A DNA stretch of 64,000 nt from contig CM059432.1 in assembly GCA_030390025.1 (NCBI GenBank), positions 114,144,001 to 114,208,000 on the forward strand, in the 5' to 3' direction. Origin of the DNA: Squalus acanthias. Its lineage: Eukaryota. This document shows positions 48,528 through 61,194 of this stretch, one piece after another; the stretch's first letter is position 1; every line of letters starts with the position of its first letter. Under the pieces are notes generated by a model, which was not told the origin of the DNA, did no database searches, and saw only the letters and a list, made by a program, of their open reading frames with translations. The position numbers and the translations under genes are program-made.

Positions 48528-50390
48528 GGGAGGATTTTTAACTACCTGGTGGTAAAACAGCCTAGTGAGTGGCCGGCCGGTCCTGGAGAGGCAGTGGGAA
48601 GCCCAGATGATTGCTGGGCCTCATTAACATGCCGTTGGCCGACTTCCCAACCAAAGCAGGTCTAAAGGTTACAGCATAAATGTTACTGCAGAGACAAGAG
48701 CCACAAACCACAAATATTTCAGGCTTTTTACGTTTGGCAAGGCAATGCAGGATGGGCAGTAATCTCCAGTTCCTGTAAAAGACAGCTGTCTTAAACACAA
48801 AGGGGGAAAAATTCCTTCTCACCTGGAAAGCAGCTGGTGTCCTCACCAACTGCCGTTAACAGCCGCCCGAAATAGCTGCTGCGCTAAACGAGGTAAACTG
48901 GTGTGGGGGGCATGGTGGTAGGTGGCGCAGCACTAACCTTAGGCGCAACACCGTCCTGGTGGCGTTGCACGAGGGATCCGGGACCAATTTGTTGTGCTGG
49001 TGCGGCGTTGCTGCTTCCCGAGCGTCTGTGTGTGAGGCTGTGGCACTCACAATGCATTGTGGGCAGTGAGGAAATTTAAAGGGCCATGCACATTGAAGCA
49101 AGGGAAAATAAAATGCACTGATTCACTACATTTTTCAGCCCTTTCTGTCTTTTAACATATCATCAATATTTAAAAGAAGTTCCAAATGTCAGTGTTCAGC
49201 ACTTAAAACTGAATTACCTTCCTAACCTCAAAAAATGGGAAAACTGCCTCAGCATTACCACAAATGGCTCAGCAAGCCAGGGAAGGGGCACCCAGGGTCT
49301 CGCATGCAGCACTCCAGCTTTGTGCAGGAGGTCAACACTGCAAGACTGGCCCTCTACCCACAGGGGCCAGGAGGCCCTCCAGAAAGAACAATGTGGGAGT
49401 ACATTACCAAGGTCGTCCCCACCACCTGGCTCCAGTGCCCAAAGAAGTTTCATCACCTCAGACCACCGGTCAAGGTCAGTGAATGCAGCTTCAAAAGACA
49501 TCACCTACCAACTGAACCACTAGCCTCACACATTGCTCAATGCAGGACCCCCAATTACTCACCTACCAACAATCTGCACCAATGATGAGGCATATCTTCC
49601 ATTCCTAGCATCACCTCACCCCCTTGGAGGAGACGGTGCAGACCATTCTTGGCAGGGGCATGGCTGAGCCCTTGACCAGCGGCGGGGCTGAAAGGATACT
49701 AGATGTGGGTATCCTTGTACATTATCCTCCTTCTGGTATGCACCTCTAGGCTTCCCGCCCTCCTGTCAGCACAACTCCATCCCTCATTTCATGCACCCAA
49801 GAAATGCATCCTGCCCAGCCAGTGGGACCGCAGACGGATGATTCCATCCCGGATATCCCTGCCACAAAGGGGCTGTCTGGGATGCATCCTTCCGTTTGAT
49901 TGCTCCTCTTCGGCTTCCTCATTTTCTGCGTCTTCCTCTTCCCTCTGCAAGCGGACGCTGTAAATGTGAACTGACAGCATAAAATGCTGCAAATACTCAG
50001 TTGGTCAGGCAGCATGTCGACCTGAGACGTGAACTCCACGGATGTTGCGTGACCTGCTGAGTATTCGCTGCATGTCCTGTCTTCTCAAAGGCGTTCACTT
50101 ACCATCCGAGCCCTTGCAAGCGTCCAGGAGAACTAGCGTACTTAGGACCCAGTGCTGACTTGAGCGCTAGGGTCGAAGTTCACATAGGTGACGTTAAGTC
50201 AGCATGCCACACCGCCATTTTATTTTCAGGGAGCTGCTGGTTACCGGCAGCGCAAAGGAGGTGACCAATATAGCGGGCACCGCTGGGACCACCTCCAGCT
50301 GGCGCAAAAGTGGCGGCAGACATTTTTTCACGCATCACTGGTGCTACCAGGTAGCGGTAAGGACATCACTTTCTCACCCAAAAACTTTTC
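48528..50390. mobile_element. Decayed Harbinger element (Myb remnants +, transposase C-terminus -)
   Basis: MAQQAREGAPR..LYPQG..TWLQCPKKFHHL..VK|gtcagt (49264-49473); LTPLEETVQTILGRG (~49615); minus-strand EEEDAENEEAEEE..GRDIRDGIIRLR (~49830-49945). Boundaries approximate. Confidence 0.65.
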
Positions 50391-50574
50391 AACTTGAAAG
50401 TATGTGAATACAAATGCTTGCCCAAAGTGCTTGTGCAGTGGAATATTCTGATTTTCACTCGGTAACTGGCTGAATTAACAGAATTCACTGACGGGCAATT
50501 ATTAAACTGTTTTGGGATGTAGCACCTTCTGTCTTTAAGACAGAATTCTACACCCTCCTATTTGTTCCCACAAT

Positions 50575-51240
50575 CACATGAACATAGAATTTTACAGCTC
50601 AGAGAGGCAACTTGGCCCATCGCACCTGTGCCGGCTCTTTGAAAGAACCATCCACTTCATCCTATTCCCCGGCTCTTTCACTGCACCCTTTTCATTTGCT
50701 TCCCTTCTAAAAGATTCCCGGGTATTTGCCTTCACTACTTTATGGAGTCCATTCCAATTGTTGATCACTTTTTGTGTGAAGAAGAACTTCAAGATATCAA
50801 TCCTAAATTTGCCTTTAACTAGTTTGAACCTGTGGCTCTTGTCTTACTTTTACCATTTAATTGAAAGTAATTTTCCAGATTTACCTCTGCCATACCATAT
50901 AATATCTTATATACCTCTTGAAAGTTACCTCTCAGATGTCTCTTTCAAGGCTGAGAAGTCCAAGTTTCTCCAGTTTTTCCTCATAAGTGAGATCTCTAAG
51001 ACTAATCAGTCTTGTGGCTCCTCTCTACACTGCCTCCAGCCCTTGTCTCCTTCACATCTCGGTGACCAGAAATGGACCCTGTACTCAAGGTGCGGTCTGA
51101 CCAGAGTTTGTTCATAAATTCCTGACGTGTATTCTGCTGTTTTGGCTATGTAGTGCAACAGTCTTTGTTAATTGCTGATCTCATTGGTTGGACATGTTGA
51201 GTGACAAGCCTTCTAAGACTCCTCGGGGCACTATTTTAGG
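50575..51240 (-). mobile_element. Old CR1 3' fragment
   Basis: FFFTQKVINNWNGL and LVRPHLEY.V.FWSP remnants. Confidence 0.7.
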
Positions 51241-51389
51241 TACTTTGTCTTCCTTTAGCTTACCTAACTCATGTAAAATTTTCTTTTTATCCATCATACC
51301 ATCACTCATCTTACTCTCAACCAGTTCAATTCCTCGCCGATATCAATCTCTTGAGTGTAGACCAATGCCTCTGCCATTTTTTGATCATC

Positions 51390-52710
51390 ATGTTACCAGG
51401 GCTCCAAGGTTTAAATTATGAGGAGATATTACATAAACTAGGCTTGTATTCCCTGGGTGATTTGATTGAGGTTTTTAGGATTTTGAAAGGAATTGATAGG
51501 GGAGCTAGAGAGAAACTTTTTCTGCTGGTGGGGATTCTATGACAAGGGGTCATAACCTTAAAATCAGAGCCAGGCCATTCAGGAGAGAAGTTAGGAAACA
51601 TTTCTTCACACAAAGGGTGGTAGAAGTGTGGAACTCTCTCCCACAAAGCTCAATTAACAAATTTAAATCAGAGATCGATAGATTTTTGCTAGCCATAGGT
51701 ATTAAGGGATATGGGGGGAAAAATTAGGTCGCGCCCCATTTGGGGCGCAAATATCGTCTGGACGCAAATATTAGCGCCTGGCGCTAATTATCGGCACTGA
51801 CTGGAAACTTCACTTTTACCGCCCCGGGAGGTGAGTGGAGCGCTAAATCAGGCGCTGCACACCTGTCTTAAGGCGCAAAGGCCAAGGAGTGAGGCGCTAA
51901 CTCAGAGCGCTGGCGAAGCTCATGTAATGTCAGTCAGCAATGGAACACACACACAATGGCACGGGCCAGTTCTTAAAGGGGATGGTTAATCTTGCTTTCC
52001 ATCCACATCCTGTTCATTGCAGCCTTGAATCTCGGCCTGGAGAGACTTGCACATCAAATGTGCTGGAAAGAACAATGGAGAGTACCAGGCAAAGAGCTCA
52101 GAGTGCAGCTCCCACAGTCTCTGCTAAATCGATACAAGGAATGGCAAATCAAAATGAACCTGCAAAGTGCTGCTCAGTACCCAAAACTCCTTCACACAAC
52201 GTTGAATCTCTCCAGAAGTCTCTCCCTCTCTCTCTCAGAATGCGTAGTTCAAAAATGCCACCAACAATAAAAGGCAGGAAGCGGTCACCTTTAAATAGCG
52301 CTCCCCCTTTCCCTTCATGACTGCAGAACGCTCCCCTCAACCTGTCGTTGCTAGCGTCAGGCGGTAAGGCAGGGGGCGCCACTCAATTTCCGCTCCGGGG
52401 CGCCACAAGGGCGTTGCACCATGGAATGACGTCACAATCTGCGCGCGCAGGTGGTCGCAGCGGTAAAGTTTAGCGCCGCCGCACAATCTCTAGTTAAGTT
52501 CCCGAGCGGCGCAAACATCGCTGCGCCCGGGCGTTAGCGGCTTTGCGCCCCATTAGTGCCCTCTTAAGGCGCTAACGGGAGGCGCAACCAACTGAATTTT
52601 TACCCCATGGAGCCTAGGCAGGTGGATGGAGTTAGGATACAGATCAGCCATGATCCCACTGAATAGCAGAGCAGGCTCGAGGGCCTGAATGGACTACTCC
52701 TGTTCCTAAG
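51390..52710 (+). mobile_element. CR1 3' fragment split by a Harbinger MITE
   Basis: MLPGLQGLNYEE..TRGHNLKI..FFTQRVVEVWNSLP..GIKGY, resuming after 52606 with the CR1 3'UTR. Confidence 0.85.
51714..52606. mobile_element. Non-autonomous PIF/Harbinger element
   Basis: TIRs GGGGGAAAAATT / AATTTTTACCCC with ATG duplicated. Removing the element restores the CR1 sequence gggatATGgagcc. Confidence 0.88.
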
Positions 52711-52866
52711 GTATCCAAACACTTTAGTCGATGTTCCTATCTACAAATTGACAATCCTCTCCTCTGAGGTCCCAATTTGCTTTTAACAATTTTTTTTTAC
52801 TGATATACTTGTAAAATACTGTTGCTTTTGATGTTTAGCTTTCTGTATCCTGATCTTAAACTCTTA

Positions 52867-53639
52867 GGGGTAAAAATTGAGTCGCGCCCCATTTGGGGCG
52901 CTAACCTCGCCGGGGCGCGACTTTTAGCGCCCCGAAAAAATTAGCGGCCCCGCGCCGGAACTTCAGTGGTTGCGCCCCAAGAGGGAAGCGGGGCGCAACT
53001 GGAAGCACCCCGCATCCCTCTTGGGGCGCTGCGAGTGAATATCCTGGCGCTACGTGCCGCAGCGCCACGCGCTGCGGCACGTCGCGCCGCGGTACTGCAG
53101 GCCTTCCTCCCCTTCTTAAAGGGGAGGGGCCTTGCGCAGCGCGAACCGGGGCCCAGCTGGGCTCCCAGGGATCGGGAGTGCCGGCAAAAGAGCCCGGCAC
53201 TCAAGAGAAGTGCCGGGCTCTTGGAGCGCAGCCGGCACTTCACGGTGGGGGGGCTTCACGGGGGCCGGGGACAGCAACGGGGGCAGGTGCTGGCAGGCGG
53301 CCAGCAACAAAAATGGCCGCCTGCCACCTCCCCTTTAAATATCGCCGCCCCGGCCGCACGTACGCCCCCCTGAACCCGTCGGACATAGCGTCTGGCGGTA
53401 AATCAGGGGGCGCGACTGAAGATCACGGCCGGGGCGCGAGCGGGGCGCTGCGCACGGCGATGACGTCATCGCCGGCGGCGCAGCGCCACAGGGCGCTACC
53501 GGCTGCCGCCGCCGCTAACCTCCCACTAAATTTTTCGGGAGGCGTGGGCGGCGCTGCGCCCGGGCGTTAGCTGCTTTACGCCCCATTAGCGCCCATTTAA
53601 GGCGCTAACGGGAGGCGCAAGCAGCTGAATTTTTCCCCC
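52867..53639. mobile_element. Non-autonomous PIF/Harbinger element, CpG-rich
   Basis: TIRs GGGGTAAAAATT / AATTTTTCCCCC with canonical TTA TSD. Subterminal regions are homologous to 51714-52606. Confidence 0.9.
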
Positions 53640-53968
53640 TTATTTTCTCATACTTTCCTTTAGTTTTTTAATTATTCTTATAGTCTCCATAAAGACTTCT
53701 TTTTCAATTTTACTAGGTTTCTATCTTCTTAATTATTCATGGCACAGTAAAACTACTAGTAGTTTCCTTCATTTTTAATGGAATATAATTATTCTGTACC
53801 TTTGCAATCTCTTTTTTAAAAACATCCTACTGTTGCTCTAGAGCCCTGTGCATGATATCATGGCACAGGTATGATATCATGACTAGGTAGACCTAGTTGG
53901 TTACCAGAGAACACTATGCCAATGTATATTCTAAAGCATTATCATGTTTTGGGGCTGAGAGAGATAAG

Positions 53969-54845
53969 AGTCTCGATTTTACCTGCCCCCCACCTGGCAG
54001 AAATCGGGCGTGGGGGGTGGGGGAAATAGTCACTTACTCGCTCTGATCCCACTAACTTCCCACCGTGTCCCGATCTTAACCTGCTCTTTTGAGCAGGCAA
54101 CCAGGACACCCACGGGAAGGCAGCGGAATCCTTCTTTAAATATGCAGATGGGGACCGATGATGTCAAATCTGCAATTTGAGTTGAAGACCTGAGCGGGGG
54201 GCGGGGTTGGGGGGGAGGGGCAGTGTCGGCTTCCCCAGTAGGCAAAACCTATCGGGAGCTTGATCATAGGCCAGAAAAGGCCCAGCAAGTTTTAAAACTT
54301 TATTTTAGGTTTCCTTGTGGGCTAGGAGAAGCAGAAATGCTCCTCCAGGCCTCACGAGGAAACCTTGGGCCTCCCTTGGCTCCCCACCAAACGTGACCAG
54401 AGCACCTACCACCCCACCCCCGGATCAGTAATCATGGCTAGAACCCCCTCTCTCCCGAATCACGGCTAGAAACCCAAGCTTGGCGATCACGGCTGGAAAC
54501 CCTCCCCCCACATTGAGGCTAGTACCCCCAGGTCAGCGATCATGTCTAGAACCCCCACCCCGATCATGGCTAGAACCCCCTCCAATGCCTCCAGGATCCC
54601 CCCCCCCCCCCCACTGACAGCCAGGGACCATTCCCATGGGTCCCCGGTTGCAGGGTTCAACCGCCAAATTCCCATTCCCGCCGGCCAGGTAGTGGATCTG
54701 GCCGGGTTCAGGCAGGACTCCGGGAAGATTTAAGTACATGAGGCCCAGCCAGTAAGATCCATCTCCCCGGACCTCCAAGGTGCACCAGCCGCTTTGGGGC
54801 TCACACGCCCCGTATCGCACCCTCTTCCTCTTTAAAATTGGGGCC
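53969..54845. mobile_element. Probable older Harbinger-type non-autonomous element with internal tandem repeats
   Basis: Degenerate TIRs AGTCTCGATTTT / AAAATTGGGGCC, AAG on both flanks, and repeated atcatggctagaacccc units at ~54430-54580. Confidence 0.5.
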
Positions 54846-56185
54846 AAGATATGACATTTCTCCCTGGCCTCAAGAGGCCATGACTGATTGTGGTTAGCAG
54901 CAAATCCGGGCAAACAGATGACCTGCAACCAGATCTCTGCCAATGTTGCTGTGAAACCAATGGCAGGAGGTGTACAAGAGGTATGGCTCCATCTTTTGCT
55001 TCCTCTATATGTGGTAAAGTTGGCCTCTGCTCAGCATTTCCCGATGGTACTATGAGAGATATTTGGGTTTGCATGGAAAACTGCAGGCACAAACCCATCC
55101 CCAAAGCATTTCCTTGTGAAAATTTTGTTCAAGGGATACTTCCTCTGTAAAAAAAAGTGTTTGACAAAACTTATTTTTGAATTAGAGAAGGGAAATGAGA
55201 TGGATAAGCTAGATAATTTCCACCAACGGAAAAATTTTTCAAGCGTTTTTCATGAAGACTAGTAGACCTTCCATGGTGTTGGCCATGGGTAGTCCAGGAG
55301 CTGGAGTGCATTCTCTTTACCATGGTTCTGCTGAAGGTTAAACATGACAATGATTCATCCATCATTGTAATACAGCAAGTTTACCGAAGCAATACATCAC
55401 ATTGCTGAAGCAATATATCATACACCTGAGGTACAAATATTAGACATATTACTAATACTGAAAGATACAACATTCTTAGATATAATGGCCCAGAAATTGC
55501 TGGAGTGGCGTGCATTGTGAATTGGATTTTTTTCCTCACCCTTCAGGTCGTATTATTTTTGCGACTCAAATTGCTGAAATGCGAATTGATAACGGCGCGG
55601 CGACATTAACAGGGCACCTGGGACCTCCTGAACGTCGGATCCAAGGGTCATCTCCTTAACCAATGGAATTTAAGGTTAGAGAAAGAAATAGAGGGAATGA
55701 CAGAGAAGGAAACAGGGTGAATTAGAGTCAAATTAGATAGATAATTAGTAATAAAGAGAGGGAAAGATTGGATTAAGAGAGAGAAAAGAATAGAAAGGAA
55801 AAGTAAAAAAAAAAAATATTTTCAATTTTAAAAAACCTCTAGGAACAATTTACTACTTGCGGGAGTGAGACTTTGTGGCGATTCGCAATTCTCTTCTCGT
55901 ATCTCTTTCGCGCCACAAATTGCTGGGTTTTTTACACACTAACAATGGCAGGCGCCGTGAACTTGCCATTATTTTTCCAGCAACTGCGTACTTCAATGCA
56001 GTTCCTTAGTTAAAAAATTCAGTTGAAAGTAGAACTAATTGTACAAAAAGGTTAACTATACAGAGGAATTTATAATGCAGTGATGTTGTGGTCTTTGTGT
56101 TAATCAGACTGAGTCAGTTTATGCCTCACTGCGATGCACTTCACAACATACTGGAATGATTCCAGTTTATTCAAAGTAAAACTTT

Positions 56186-56485
56186 CATAGAACATAGAAA
56201 CATAGAAGAGCAGGAGTAGGCCATTCGGCCCGTCGAGCCTGCTCCACCATTCAATACGATCATGGCTGATCATCCAAATCCAGTACCCTGTCCCTGCTTT
56301 CTCACACAGAATCCCCATCGAGCCTGCACCGACACATATCCCACCCTATCCCCGTAACCCCATGTATTTAATTCCCCCTAACATATCCCATCCTATCCCT
56401 GTAACCCCACATATTTAATCCCCCCCTAACACTAAGGGTCAATTTATCATAGCCAAATCAACCTAACCCGCACATTTTTGGACTG
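56186..56485 (-). mobile_element. CR1 3'UTR/tail followed by a partial HE1/V-SINE-like fragment
   Basis: (TTCTATGT)n tail and gaatggcctactcctgc motif; then cagtccaaaaatgtgcgggttaggttgatt.ggctatgataaattgaccc on the minus strand. Confidence 0.6.
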
Positions 56486-57222
56486 AAGTAGCTGAGCTGT
56501 GAAGTAAATAGCCCAAACATCAAAAGCTTTCTGAGTTTTGTGATGGAAAATACTTATCTCTGCTATAGGCTCTAATAATGACTCCACTTTACACAACAAT
56601 AATTGTGGCTTCCTCTAGTGGTCAACTAGTTACCCATTGTTTGTTAGTTCCACTCAACCACCTGCAAATACACTTGCACCTTCACAGTCTGCTATCCAGG
56701 ACTGGTGCAAAGATTATTCCACGTAGGTTTTTCCATCTGTTTTACTTCTCTCTGAGCATCTTGTTTCTACTCATTTCATCTTTTCTCCAGCCTAATTCAA
56801 AACACTTAACAATCCCGATAGAGCATGATGATCTCTTCACTCTCTTTGGAAGGACAATTGCTCTTATTCTTTGTGTAAGAACATCTATGCATATTCTTTT
56901 TTAATGCATTTATGATTGCTGCATATGGGACCCCGCCAACTCTTCCTCCTTTGTATCTCCAGCCTTGTATCATCAGATCATCAGATGCAGTCATCTAGTT
57001 TCTCCCAAATGAAACTTGTCCTAAGTGAACTGAATAAAGGGCTTGATGGAACACTCCAGGTGAGATGTTCATGTCTAACTACGCAGGACTTGGCAAGCCT
57101 TCACGTATTCGATTTACTTTTTTATTAACTTTTCATTTTAATTGTACATCATATGTAGATCACTTCAAAGACACCATTAAGTCCTTTCTGCCAAATGCCT
57201 TACTTGTAATTGTTTTAAAAAT

Positions 57223-57392
57223 TAAAACAGAAAATGCTGGAAACACTCAGCAGGTCAAGCAGCATTTGTGGAGAGAAAAACAGTTAATGTTTCAGACCGA
57301 TGATCTTTCATCAGAACTGGTTGACCTGCTAAGTGTTTCCAGTATTTTCTGGTTTTATTTCAGATTTCCAGCATCCGTAGTATTTTGCTTTT
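57223..57392. mobile_element. Short fold-back Penelope pLTR remnant with hammerhead motif
   Basis: aaaacagaaaatgctggaaacactcagcaggtcaa ... ttgacctgctaagtgtttccagtattttctg inverted arms; minus-strand CTGATGAAAGATCatcGGTCTGAAAC at 57282-57318. Confidence 0.75.
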
Positions 57393-58821
57393 AGTACATC
57401 CAATTTGTAAAGATGTGAATGCAGGGTTTTTGCACATGATCATGTGGCCAATTTCAGTTGTATGTACAATGAAAGGTCTACACTCAAACATTAAGCCTTC
57501 TTTTCTCTGTTCACATGCTGATATGCTTGCTGTGTAATTTCATCATTCTCTGTTCTTATTTGAGTCTAAGTGTGATTATACAGGTGTACCTTAATGAACA
57601 TTTACTTAGTAACAAGGATAAAACTGTGCTCCTTTGCGCTAGGGCTCCTTCAGTTGTTTACCAAGAGGCTCCTGTGCAACTTCAACAATTTTCCTGTATA
57701 TTGTCAAAAATTAAACATAGACTAAAAAATTGAAACAGTGCAATTACAGTGGATATTGTTAAAAAAAATGCTGTCTGCTTCACACCTAAATATTATTGAC
57801 AGTTACTTTATACTAAAAAACACCATCCCTCAGAACATGAACAATTCCCTACTGCCAACTAGCAAGCGTTCACATCCTCTAAGAGGCACTGGGGGTAATT
57901 TTAACTTTGGGCAATAGTGTAAAATGGATGATAGTTTTACATCTCTCCCGATTTTTATTTCCATTGACTTCTGTCGTACAAAGTCAAAATGACCTTCTCT
58001 GACTCCAAATGGCAGTTTGTGCACTGTCCAGTTGTACAATAGTTTTAGGCAATATTGCCCTGTGCACATAGGACGTCCTGTGGTTTCTGGGGGATGCTAG
58101 ATTCACCATTCAATAGAAATTGTGAATTTGAGTTGAAATTGCCAAAAAATTGTGAAGGAGTCAAAGTCCAGAAAAACACAAAGGCATGTGAAGAGACCAT
58201 TGAAATGAATGGTGCAAACATATTCACACTTGAGTAACCAGTCAAATGTTTTTACCATTATTATATGGTAACCATCCATATTTATTGAGAAAGTAATACT
58301 GTAGAAAGCCTTTCTCCACAGCTCCTTTATACTCTGCTCATCTCCAGACAATAGCCATAACTCTTAACATTTAACCAGACTCACATTAACATTTTCTCCT
58401 GACCTCCATTTTCTGTTGATTTTTACAGGAAAATCCATTCCTCCCACTGCAACCATCACAGTAGCACAGACCCTGAACAAATGTTGCACATCTAATAAAC
58501 AAACATACACACTTATCCCTTCCTTCCACTGATTCCTCAATAAAGAGCTGCTAAAACCCCGCCAATAGAAGACACAATTCATGAAATATTTCCCAGTAAA
58601 ATCTGAAGTTCAATAAACAAGAAATGACACGTTAATATTCATCGACATGCACACGTAAGGGAGAGTTATTAAAGGGGAAGACTTACTTTATTAGCTATAT
58701 GTAGCAAAATCGTAAATGTGTGCATACAGGACTAGTTCATAATTATGTTCCAAATAGTGAAGAGAATAATTGGATGTGAGTTAATTATTTGTTTGATCTA
58801 TGGGGCTATCAGTCTGAGCAT

Positions 58822-59680
58822 CCAACTCTGTGATAGCCCGACCATGCTCTCCACCCAACTCTGTGACAATCTCCCCATTCACCCTCTCCGTCCAACTCTG
58901 TGACAATCTCTCCATTCACCCTCTCCGTCCAACTCTGTGACAATCTCTCCATCCAGCCTCTCCACCCAAGTCTGTGACAATCTCTCCATCCACGCTCTCC
59001 ACCCAAGTCTGTGACAATCTCTCCATCCACCCTCTCCGTCCAACTCTGTGACAATCTCTCCATCCATCCTCTCCACCCAACTCTGACAATCTCTCCATCC
59101 ACGCTCTCCACCCAACTCTGTGACAATCTCTCCATCCATCCTCTCCGTCCAACCCTGTGACAATCTCTCCATCCACCCTCTCTGTCCAACCCTGTGACAA
59201 TCTCTCCATCCACCCTCTCTGTCCAACCCTGTGACAATCTCTCCATCCACCCTCTCTGTCCAACCCTGTGACAATCTCTCCATCCACCCTCTCTGTCCAA
59301 CCCTGTGACAATCTCTCCATCCATCCTCTCCACCCAACTCTGACAATCTCTCCATCCACCCTCTCCGTCCAACTCTGTGACAATCTCTCCATCCACGCTC
59401 TCTGTCCAACCCTGTGACAATCTCTCCATCCATGCTCTCCGTCCAACTCTGACAATCTCTCCATCCACCCTCTCCGTCCAACTCTGTGACAATCTCTCCA
59501 TCCACGCTCTCTGTCCAACTCTGTGACAATCTCTCCATCCACCCTCTCCGTCCAACTCTGTGACAATCTCTCCATCCACCCTCTCCGTCCAACCCTGTGA
59601 CAATCTCGCCATCCACCCTCTCCGTCTAACTCTGTGGCAATCTCTCCATCCACTCTCTCCACCCAACTCTGTGATAATCT
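58822..59680. repeat. 37-bp minisatellite (~23 units, some 35-bp variants)
   Basis: Unit CCAACTCTGTGACAATCTCTCCATCCACCCTCTCCGT. Confidence 0.95.
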
Positions 59681-60702
59681 GTCCATCCTATCGATCCAGT
59701 TCCACGGCAGTCCATCCCACTCTCTATCCACCTTTGCCATAGCCCATCCATCCAATCAATTTGGAATGTCAATTTCATTGGAATCATTCTCATGCCTTGA
59801 CAGCAGAAGCCACTAAAACATGATGGGGTGCTGAATTGCAGTTACTCTAAAATGGCACTGACACAGTAGTTTACTCCACCTCATTTCAAAAAACCAGAAT
59901 CTTCATTTTCTAAATTGAGGGGAAAAAAATGTAATTTTCTCCATGAATTCAAATCGAGTCAACTTGCTTGACTTGGATTCAGAAGTCTAACACATTTTCT
60001 CTTTCAACAATACTGCACATCATGGGTCATCTCCATCAGCTCTTTTCTCTGCTGAATGTGAGATAGTTAATGAAACTGCATTAGTATCCAAAGTAAACAC
60101 GCTGCTTAGGTATGTCAAAATATCTCCACAGTGATTCATTGACAGGAAGAAGTTCCTGTAATTTAAATCCTTAACACTTTAAAAAATCAGCAATGTTTAA
60201 TGAGTAGCAACAGCGCAATGATTTGCATATATGCAGCTTCAATAATAATTACCATGTAAGTGTTCCTATTAATATTTTGCATGCATACAACTCCATTTGT
60301 GCAAAATCAAAGAAGTAATATTTGTTAAATTGTGAAATCTCGGTGACAAGTCAAGGCTCATAGTCACCAAGAAATGAGAAAGGTAGTATGGGGGACAATG
60401 TTAAGGAAAAGGTCTGGCAACCACCTCAGGTTACTCAAAACATTTTCTGAGAGTTAGCAGTGTGTGATATATTATGTAATCAGAGTGAAATTGGTCTTTG
60501 GCGGTAGCACAAAACAGGTGATAACAGCTCATAATATACCCCGCCCAATATTCTTTTACATTGAAAAAGTCCCATCTTCACAATGAGGACACTCTCCATC
60601 GTGTTGTATGGCACTACCACCGTGCTAAATGGGATAGATTCAGAACAGATCTAGCAGCTCAAAGCTGGGCATCCATGAGGTGCTGTGGGCCATCAGAATA
60701 GT

Positions 60703-61163
60703 AAAAAGAAAGACTTGCATTTATATAGTGCCTTTCACGACCACCGGAAGTCTCAAAGTGCTTTACAGTCAATTAAGTACTTTTGAAGTGGAGTCACTGT
60801 TGTAATGTGGGAAACGCGGCAGCCAATTTGCACACAGCAAGGTCCCACAAACAGCAATGTGATAATGACCAGATAATCTGTTTTGTTATGTTAGTTGAGG
60901 GATAAATATTGGCCAGGACACCGGGGATAACTCCCCTACTCTTCTTAGAAATAGTGCCATGGGATCTTTTACGTCCACCTGAGAGTGCAGACGGGGCCTC
61001 GGTTTAATGTCTCATCCGAAAGACGGCACCTCCGACAGTGCAGCACTCGCTCAGCACGGCACTGGAATGCCAGCTTGGTTTATGTGCTCAAGTCCCTGGA
61101 GTGGGACTTGAACACACAACCTTCTGACTCAGAGGCGAGAGTGCTAACAACTGAGCCACAGCT
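60703..61163 (-). mobile_element. tRNA-derived Deu-domain SINE (SacSINE1-like), full length
   Basis: Head gtggctcagttgttagcactc..gttcaagtcc, central gccgtctttcggatgagacattaaaccgaggcc, L2-like tail ggcactatataaatgcaagtctttc. Confidence 0.8.
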
Positions 61164-61194
61164 TAAACCCCGCCCAATATTCTTTTAAATTGAC

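Noticed and set aside
52901..53570. GC-rich ORFs / CpG-island promoter of a host gene
   Set aside because: Entirely bounded by TIRs with a TTA TSD; the ORFs are low-complexity products of high GC.
55488..55990. Further MITE-like segments (also ~23272-23500, ~40500-40750)
   Set aside because: Termini too degenerate and no convincing TSD to define boundaries by eye.
58809..59755. Three overlapping 245-285 aa ORFs on the minus strand
   Set aside because: Artefact of a stop-free 37-bp tandem repeat cycling through frames. It is not a gene, and not a CRISPR array (no unique spacers).
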